Of a stretch of 64,000 bases of DNA, positions 54,401 to 64,000 are shown one piece after another; within the stretch, counting starts at the first letter, position 1, and every line of letters begins with the position of its first letter. Below the pieces are notes generated by a model that saw only the letters and a program-made list of their open reading frames with translations, was not told the DNA's origin and searched no databases. A program made the position numbers and the translations under genes. This stretch comes from Auanema rhodensis (taxonomy: Eukaryota > Animalia > Nematoda). Where the stretch lies: assembly GCA_964057225.1 (NCBI GenBank), contig OZ059896.1:19840001-19904000 (forward strand). The letters run 5' to 3'.

Positions 54401-55458
54401 ATTTTGACAAAAATTTTTTCGAAAAATTTCTAAATAATTTAGCAAAAAGTAGATGTTTTCAGATTCCTTTTTTCAAAGCAAAGACGATGGACAATGTTAT
54501 TCAACGAAAAAATTAATTCTTCAGGGTGAAAATCGAGGATATAAGTGTGAACTTATATCAGTTGATATCGCGGTGCATTTTTAAGCTAGCGCAAATCTCA
54601 TAACACAGATCGACGCAGCTTAAAAATCTACATCGAATGCACTATACTACATTGAGAAACGCTTAATACAAAAATTAGTTATGATCGTTTGAAAAATGAT
54701 GCATTAGTGTATGTTGAGTTTCCATGTACACTCAACATTGCTTCCAAAAACATTTTGACAAAAATTTTTTCGAAAAATTTCAAAATAATTTAGCAAAAAG
54801 TAGATGTTTTTAGATTCCTTTTTTCAAGGCAAAGACGATGGACATTGTTATTCAACGAAAAAATTAATTCTTCAGGGTGAAAATCGAGGATATAAGTGTG
54901 AACTTATATCAGTTGATATATCGGTGCATTTTTAAGCTAGCGCAAATCTGATAACACAGATCGACGCAGCTTAAAAATCCGCATCGAATGCACTATACTA
55001 CATTGAGAAACGCTTAATACAAAAATTAGTTATGATCGTTTGAAAAATGATGCATTAGTGTATGTTGAGTTTCCATGTACACTCAACATTGCTTCCAAAA
55101 ACATTTTGACAAAAATTTTTTCGAAAAATTTCAAAATAATTTAGCAAAAAGTAGATGTTTTTAGATTCCTTTTTTCAAGGCAAAGACGATGGACAATGTT
55201 ATTCAACGAAAAAATTAATTCTTCAGGGTGAAAATCGAGGATATAAGTGTGAACTTATATCCGTTGATATCTCGGTGCATTTTTAAGCTAGCGCAAATCT
55301 GATAACACAGATCGACGCAGCTTAAAAATCCGCATCGAATGCACTATACTACATTGAAAAACGCTTAATACAAAAATTAGTTATGATCGTTTGAAAAATG
55401 ATGCATTAGTGTATGTTGAGTTTCCATGTACACTCAACATTGCTTCCAAAAACATTTT

Positions 55459-58400
55459 GACAAAAATTTTTTCGAAAAATTTCAAAATAATTTAGCAAAA
55501 AGTAGATGTTTTTAGATTCCTTTATTCAAGGCAAAGACGATGGACAATGTTATTCAACGAAAAAATTAATTCTTTAGGGTGAAAATCGAGGATATTAGTG
55601 TGAACTTATATCAGTTGATATCTTGGTGCATTTTTAAGCTAGCGCAAATCTGATAACACAGATCGACGCAGCTTAAAAATCCACATCGAATGCACTATAC
55701 TACATTGAAAAACGCTTAATACAAAAATTAGTTATGATCGTTTGAAAAATGATGCATTAGTGTATGTTGAGTTTCCATGTACACTCAACATTGCTTCCAA
55801 AAACATTTTGACAAAAATTTTTTCGAAAAATTTCAAAATAATTTAGCAAAAAGTAGATGTTTTTAGATTCCTTTATTCAAGGCAAAGACGATGGACAATG
55901 TTATTCAACGAAAAAATTATTCCTTCAGGGTGAAAATCGAGGATATAAGTGTGAACTTATATCAGTTGATATCTCGGTGCATTTTTAAGCTAGAGCAAAT
56001 CTGATAACACAGATCGACGCAGCTTAAAAATCCGAATCGAATGCACTATACTACATTGAGAAACGCTTGATACAAAAATTAGTTATGATCGTTTGAAAAA
56101 TGATGCATTAGTGTATGTTGAGTTTCCATGTACACTCAACATTGCTTCCAAAAACATTTTGACAAAAATTTTTTCGAAAAATTTCAAAATAATTCAGCAA
56201 AAAGTAGATGTTTTTAGATTCCTTTATTCAAGGCAAAGACGATGGACAATGTTATTCAACGAAAAAATTAATTCTTCAGGGTGAAAATCGAGGATATAAG
56301 TGTGAACTTATATCAGTTGATATCTCGGTGCATTTTTAAGCTAGCGCAAATCTGATAACACAGATCGACGCAGCTTAAAAATCCGAATCGAATGCACTAT
56401 ACTACATTGAGAAACGCTTGATACAAAAATTAGTTATGATCGTTTGAAAAATGATGCATTAGTGTATGTTGAGTTTCCATGTACACTCAACATTGCTTCC
56501 AAAAACATTTTGACAAAAATTTTTTCGAAAAATTTCAAAATAATTTAGCAAAAAGTAGATGTTTTTAGATTCCATTTTTCAAGGCAAAGACGATGGACAA
56601 TGTTATTCAACGAAAAAATTAATTCTTCAGGGTGAAAATCGAGGATATATGTGTGAACTTATATCAGTTGATATCTCGGTGCATTTTTAAGCTAGCGCAA
56701 ATCTGATAACACAGATCGACGCAGCTTAAAAATCCGCATCGAATGCACTATACTACATTGAGAAACGCTTAATACAAAAATTAGTTATGATCGTTTGAAA
56801 AATGATGCATTAGTGTATGTTGAGTTTCCATGTACACTCAACATTGCTTCCAAAAACATTTTGACAAAAATTTTTTCGAAAAATTTCAAAATAATTTAGC
56901 AAAAAGTAGATGTTTTTAGATTCCTTTATTCAAGGCAAAGACGATGGACAATGTTATTCAACGAAAAAATTAATTCTTCAGGGTGAAAATCGAGGATATA
57001 AGTGTGAACTTATATCAGTTGATATCTCGGTGCATTTTTAAGCTAGCGCAAATCTGATAACACAGATCGACGCAGCTTAAAAATCCGAATCGAATGCACT
57101 ATACTACATTGAGAAACGCTTGATACAAAAATTAGTTATGATCGTTTGAAAAATGATGCATTAGTGTATGTTGAGTTTCCATGTACACTCAACATTGCTT
57201 CCAAAAACATTTTGACAAAAATTTTTTCGAAAAATTTCAAAATAATTCAGCAAAAAGTAGATGTTTTTAGATTCCTTTATTCAAGGCAAAGACGATGGAC
57301 AATGTTATTCAACGAAAAAATTAATTCTTCAGGGTGAAAATCGAGGATATAAGTGTGAACTTATATCAGTTGATATCTCGGTGCATTTTTAAGCTAGCGC
57401 AAATCTGATAACACAGATCGACGCAGCTTAAAAATCCGAATCGAATGCACTATACTACATTGAGAAACGCTTGATACAAAAATTAGTTATGATCGTTTGA
57501 AAAATGATGCATTAGTGTATGTTGAGTTTCCATGTACACTCAACATTGCTTCCAAAAACATTTTGACAAAAATTTTTTCGAAAAATTTCAAAATAATTTA
57601 GCAAAAAGTAGATGTTTTTAGATTCCATTTTTCAAGGCAAAGACGATGGACAATGTTATTCAACGAAAAAATTAATTCTTCAGGGTGAAAATCGAGGATA
57701 TATGTGTGAACTTATATCAGTTGATATCTCGGTGCATTTTTAAGCTAGCGCAAATCTGATAACACAGATCGACGCAGCTTAAAAATCCGAATCGAATGCA
57801 CTATACTACATTGAGAAACGCTTGATACAAAAATTAGTTATGATCGTTTGAAAAATGATGCATTAGTGTATGTTGAGTTTCCATGTACACTCAACATTGC
57901 TTCCAAAAACATTTTGACAAAAATTTTTTCGAAAAATTTCAAAATAATTCAGCAAAAAGTAGATGTTTTTAGATTCCTTTATTCAAGGCAAAGACGATGG
58001 ACAATGTTATTCAACGAAAAAATTAATTCTTTAGGGTGAAAATCGAGGATATTAGTGTGAACTTATATCAGTTGATATCTTGGTGCATTTTTAAGCTAGC
58101 GCAAATCTGATAACACAGATCGACGCAGCTTAAAAATCCGAATCGAATGCACTATACTACATTGAGAAACGCTTGATACAAAAATTAGTTATGATCGTTT
58201 GAAAAATGATGCATTAGTGTATGTTGAGTTTCCATGTACACTCAACATTGCTTCCAAAAACATTTTGACAAAAATTTTTTCGAAAAATTTCAAAATAATT
58301 TAGCAAAAAGTAGATGTTTTTAGATTCCATTTTTCAAGGCAAAGACGATGGACAATGTTATTCAACGAAAAAATTAATTCTTCAGGGTGAAAATCGAGGA

Positions 58401-61400
58401 TATATGTGTGAACTTATATCAGTTGATATCTCGGTGCATTTTTAAGCTAGCGCAAATCTGATAACACAGATCGACGCAGCTTAAAAATCCGCATCGAATG
58501 CACTATACTACATTGAGAAACGCTTAATACAAAAATTAGTTATGATCGTTTGAAAAATGATGCATTAGTGTATGTTGAGTTTCCATGTACACTCAACATT
58601 GCTTCCAAAAACATTTTGACAAAAATTTTTTCGAAAAATTTCAAAATAATTTAGCAAAAAGTAGATGTTTTTAGATTCCTTTATTCAAGGCAAAGACGAT
58701 GGACAATGTTATTCAACGAAAAAATTAATTTTTCAGGGTGAAAATCGAGGATATAAGTGTGAACTTATATCAGTTGATATCTCGGTGCATTTTTAAGCTA
58801 GCGCAAATCTGATAACACAGATCGACGCAGCTTAAAAATCCGAATCGAATGCACTATACTACATTGAGAAACGCTTGATACAAAAATTAGTTATGATCGT
58901 TTGAAAAATGATGCATTAGTGTATGTTGAGTTTCCATGTACACTCAACATTGCTTCCAAAAACATTTTGACAAAAATTTTTTCGAAAAATTTCAAAATAA
59001 TTTAGCAAAAAGTAGATGTTTTTAGATTCCTTTTTTCAAGGCAAAGACGATGGACAATGTTATTCAACGAAAAAATTATTCCTTCAGGGTGAAAATCGAG
59101 GATATAAGTGTGAACTTATATCAGTTGATATCTCGGTGCATTTTTAAGCTAGCGCAAATCTGATAACACAGATCGACGCAGCTTAAAAATCCGAATCGAA
59201 TGCACTATACTACATTGAGAAACGCTTGATACAAAAATTAGTTATGATCGTTTGAAAAATGATGCATTAGTGTATGTTGAGTTTCCATGTACACTCAACA
59301 TTGCTTCCAAAAACATTTTGACAAAAATTTTTTCGAAAAATTTCAAAATAATTCAGCAAAAAGTAGATGTTTTTAGATTCCTTTATTCAAGGCAAAGACG
59401 ATGGACAATGTTATTCAACGAAAAAATTAATTCTTCAGGGTGAAAATCGAGGATATAAGTGTGAACTTATATCAGTTGATATCTCGGTGCATTTTTAAGC
59501 TAGCGCAAATCTGATAACACAGATCGACGCAGCTTAAAAATCCGAATCGAATGCACTATACTACATTGAGAAACGCTTGATACAAAAATTAGTTATGATC
59601 GTTTGAAAAATGATGCATTAGTGTATGTTGAGTTTCCATGTACACTCAACATTGCTTCCAAAAACATTTTGACAAAAATTTTTTCGAAAAATTTCAAAAT
59701 AATTTAGCAAAAAGTAGATGTTTTTAGATTCCTTTTTTCAAGGCAAAGACGATGGACAATGTTATTCAACGAAAAAATTATTCCTTCAGGGTGAAAATCG
59801 AGGATATAAGTGTGAACTTATATCAGTTGATATCTCGGTGCATTTTTAAGCTAGAGCAAATCTGATAACACAGATCGACGCAGCTTAAAAATCCGAATCG
59901 AATGCACTATACTACATTGAGAAACGCTTGATACAAAAATTAGTTATGATCGTTTGAAAAATGATGCATTAGTGTATGTTGAGTTTCCATGTACACTCAA
60001 CATTGCTTCCAAAAACATTTTGACAAAAATTTTTTCGAAAAATTTCAAAATAATTCAGCAAAAAGTAGATGTTTTTAGATTCCTTTATTCAAGGCAAAGA
60101 CGATGGACAATGTTATTCAACGAAAAAATTAATTCTTCAGGGTGAAAATCGAGGATATAAGTGTGAACTTATATCAGTTGATATCTCGGTGCATTTTTAA
60201 GCTAGCGCAAATCTGATAACACAGATCGACGCAGCTTAAAAATCCGAATCGAATGCACTATACTACATTGAGAAACGCTTGATACAAAAATTAGTTATGA
60301 TCGTTTGAAAAATGATGCATTAGTGTATGTTGAGTTTCCATGTACACTCAACATTGCTTCCAAAAACATTTTGACAAAAATTTTTTCGAAAAATTTCAAA
60401 ATAATTCAGCAAAAAGTAGATGTTTTTAGATTCCTTTATTCAAGGCAAAGACGATGGACAATGTTATTCAACGAAAAAATTAATTCTTCAGGGTGAAAAT
60501 CGAGGATATAAGTGTGAACTTATATCAGTTGATATCTCGGTGCATTTTTAAGCTAGCGCAAATCTGATAACACAGATCGACGCAGCTTAAAAATCCGAAT
60601 CGAATGCACTATACTACATTGAGAAACGCTTGATACAAAAATTAGTTATGATCGTTTGAAAAATGATGCATTAGTGTATGTTGAGTTTCCATGTACACTC
60701 AACATTGCTTCCAAAAACATTTTGACAAAAATTTTTTCGAAAAATTTCAAAATAATTTTGCAAAAAGTAGATGTTTTTAGATTCCTTTTTTCAAGGCAAA
60801 GACGATGGACAATGTTATTCAACGAAAAAATTATTCCTTCAGGGTGAAAATCGAGGATATAAGTGTGAACTTATATCAGTTGATATCTCGGTGCATTTTT
60901 AAGCTAGAGCAAATCTGATAACACAGATCGACGCAGCTTAAAAATCCGAATCGAATGCACTATACTACATTGAGAAACGCTTGATACAAAAATTAGTTAT
61001 GATCGTTTGAAAAATGATGCATTAGTGTATGTTGAGTTTCCATGTACACTCAACATTGCTTCCAAAAACATTTTGACAAAAATTTTTTCGAAAAATTTCA
61101 AAATAATTCAGCAAAAAGTAGATGTTTTTAGATTCCTTTATTCAAGGCAAAGACGATGGACAATGTTATTCAACGAAAAAATTAATTCTTCAGGGTGAAA
61201 ATCGAGGATATAAGTGTGAACTTATATCAGTTGATATCTCGGTGCATTTTTAAGCTAGCGCAAATCTGATAACACAGATCGACGCAGCTTAAAAATCCGA
61301 ATCGAATGCACTATACTACATTGAGAAACGCTTGATACAAAAATTAGTTATGATCGTTTGAAAAATGATGCATTAGTGTATGTTGAGTTTCCATGTACAC

Positions 61401-63180
61401 TCAACATTGCTTCCAAAAACATTTTGACAAAAATTTTTTCGAAAAATTTCAAAATAATTTAGCAAAAAGTAGATGTTTTTAGATTCCTTTTTTCAAGGCA
61501 AAGACGATGGACAATGTTATTCAACGAAAAAATTATTCCTTCAGGGTGAAAATCGAGGATATAAGTGTGAACTTATATCAGTTGATATCTCGGTGCATTT
61601 TTAAGCTAGCGCAAATCTGATAACACAGATCGACGCAGCTTAAAAATCCGAATCGAATGCACTATACTACATTGAGAAACGCTTGATACAAAAATTAGTT
61701 ATGATCGTTTGAAAAATGATGCATTAGTGTATGTTGAGTTTCCATGTACACTCAACATTGCTTCCAAAAACATTTTGACAAAAATTTTTTCGAAAAATTT
61801 CAAAATAATTTAGCAAAAAGTAGATGTTTTTAGATTCCTTTATTCAAGGCAAAGACGATGGACAATGTTATTCAACGAAAAAATTAAATCTTCAGGGTGA
61901 AAATCGAGGATATAAGTGTGAACTTATATCAGTTGATATCTCGGTGCATTTTTAAGCTAGCGCAAATCTGATAACACAGATCGACGCAGCTTAAAAATCC
62001 GAATCGAATGCACTATACTACATTGAGAAACGCTTGATACAAAAATTAGTTATGATCGTTTGAAAAATGATGCATTAGTGTATGTTGAGTTTCCATGTAC
62101 ACTCAACATTGCTTCCAAAAACATTTTGACAAAAATTTTTTCGAAAAATTTCAAAATAATTTAGCAAAAAGTAGATGTTTTTAGATTCCTTTATTCAAGG
62201 CAAAGACGATGGACAATGTTATTCAACGAAAAAATTAATTCTTCAGGGTGAAAATCGAGGATATAAGTGTGAACTTATATCAGTTGATATCTCGGTGCAT
62301 TTTTAAGCTAGCGCAAATCTGATAACACAGATCGACGCAGCTTAAAAATCCGAATCGAATGCACTATACTACATTGAGAAACGCTTGATACAAAAATTAG
62401 TTATGATCGTTTGAAAAATGATGCATTAGTGTATGTTGAGTTTCCATGTACACTCAACATTGCTTCCAAAAACATTTTGACAAAAATTTTTTCGAAAAAT
62501 TTCAAAATAATTTAGCAAAAAGTAGATGTTTTTAGATTCCTTTATTCAAGGCAAAGACGATGGACAATGTTATTCAACGAAAAAATTAATTCTTCAGGGT
62601 GAAAATCGAGGATATAAGTGTGAACTTATATCAGTTGATATCTCGGTGCATTTTTAAGCTAGCGCAAATCTGATAACACAGATCGACGCAGCTTAAAAAT
62701 CCGAATCGAATGCACTATACTACATTGAGAAACGCTTGATACAAAAATTAGTTATGATCGTTCGAAAAATGATGCATTAGTGTATGTTGAGTTTCCATGT
62801 ACACTCAACATTGCTTCCAAAAACATTTTGACAAAAATTTTTTCGAAAAATTTCAAAATAATTTAGCAAAAAGTAGATGTTTTTAGATTCCTTTTTTCAA
62901 GGCAAAGACGATGGACAATGTTATTCAACGAAAAAATTATTCCTTCAGGGTGAAAATCGAGGATATAAGTGTGAACTTATATCAGTTGATATCTCGGTGC
63001 ATTTTTAAGCTAGCGCAAATCTGATAACACAGATCGACGCAGCTTAAAAATCCGAATCGAATGCACTATACTACATTGAGAAACGCTTAATACAAAAATT
63101 AGTTATGATCGTTTGAAAAATGATGCATTAGTGTATGTTGAGTTTCCATGTACACTCAACATTGCTTCCAAAAACATTTT
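55459..63180. repeat. Distinct satellite sub-family domain (66A, 226A, 260G, 35C, 111T+113C variants)
   Basis: CCTTTATTC, TCCGAATCG, CGCTTGATA, AATTCAGC and AATTATTCC motifs are frequent here and were not seen before 55.4 kb. Confidence 0.88.
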
Positions 63181-64000
63181 GACAAAAATTTTTTCGAAAA
63201 ATTTCAAAATAATTTAGCAAAAAGTAGATGTTTTTAGATTCCTTTTTTCAAGGCAAAGACGATGGACAATGTTATTCAACGAAAAAATTATTCCTTCAGG
63301 GTGAAAATCGAGGATATAAGTGTGAACTTATATCAGTTGATATCTTGGTGCATTTTTAAGCTAGCGCAAATCTGATAACAGAGATCGACGCAGCTTAAAA
63401 ATCCGCATCGAATGCACTATACTACATTGAGAAACGCTTAATACAAAAATTAGTTATGATCGTTTGAAAAATGATGCATTAGTGTATGTTGAGTTTCCAT
63501 GTACACTCAACATTGCTTCCAAAAACATTTTGACAAAAATTTTTTCGAAAAATTTCAAAATAATTTAGCAAAAAGTAGATGTTTTTAGATTCCAGTTTTC
63601 AAGGCAAAGACGATGGACAATGTTATTCAACGAAAAAATTAATTCTTCAGGGTGAAAATCGAGGATATATGTGTGAACTTATATCAGTTGATATCTCGGT
63701 GCATTTTTAAGCTAGCGCAAATCTGATAACACAGATCGACGCAGCTTAAAAATCCGCATCGAATGCACTATACTACATTGAGAAACGCTTAATACAAAAA
63801 TTAGTTATGATCGTTTGAAAAATGATGCATTAGTGTATGTTGAGTTTCCATGTACACTCAACATTGCTTCCAAAAACATTTTGACAAAAATTTTTTCGAA
63901 AAATTTCAAAATAATTTAGCAAAAAGTAGATGTTTTTAGATTCCAGTTTTCGAGGCAAAGACGATGGACAATGTTATTCAACGAAAAAATTAATTCTTCA

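Larger units (their letters stand above)
1..64000. repeat. Satellite DNA tandem array, 351-bp monomer, about 182.3 head-to-tail copies, roughly 98-100% identical to consensus
   Basis: GACAAAAATTTTTTCGAAAA recurs every 351 bp (1, 352, 703...). Register is exact every 7020 bp (20 monomers) at 1, 7021, 14041, 21061, 28081, 35101, 42121, 49141, 56161 and 63181. Monomers differ only by a few substitutions. Confidence 0.99.

Noticed and set aside
56093-61198. Eight 63-aa ORFs from the ORF track as protein-coding genes
   Set aside because: They are satellite monomers with a TTG start and a single stop-loss SNP. The same frame is closed in the other roughly 174 copies, and there is no recognisable domain or gene context.
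1-64000. CRISPR array or other repeat-spacer system
   Set aside because: There are no unique spacers: the whole 351 bp repeats, and no cas genes are present.
1-64000. Synthetic concatemer or rolling-circle sequencing artefact
   Set aside because: Substitutions are shared, linked and organised into domains and HORs with no indel noise. This fits a natural array, although local copy numbers still need read validation.
1-64000. Embedded transposon, inversion or telomeric repeat
   Set aside because: The 351-bp register and orientation are unbroken from start to end, leaving no room for an insertion.

Overview
The whole 64-kb window is one uninterrupted, head-to-tail tandem array of a 351-bp AT-rich monomer (about 31% GC): 182 complete copies plus a 118-bp partial copy, all in one orientation and running off both edges. 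This is eukaryotic-type satellite DNA, plausibly centromeric or pericentromeric, but I cannot identify the family or organism from the sequence. I see no genes, RNA genes, transposon insertions, inversions, CRISPR spacers or net indels. The 63-aa ORFs in the track result from a single stop-loss SNP in one sub-family. The informative structure is at two levels. (i) The monomer is dense in dyad symmetries (at least four hairpin/palindrome units) and A/T tracts. (ii) SNP haplotypes divide the array into domains with local higher-order repeats (2-, 3-, 5- and 8-mers), a long-range haplotype match about 37.6 kb apart, and a sharp sub-family switch near 55.5 kb. I found no evidence for a novel coding system. 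Monomer n (Mn) starts at 351*(n-1)+1, and 'pos' means position within the monomer. All variant calls were read by eye.
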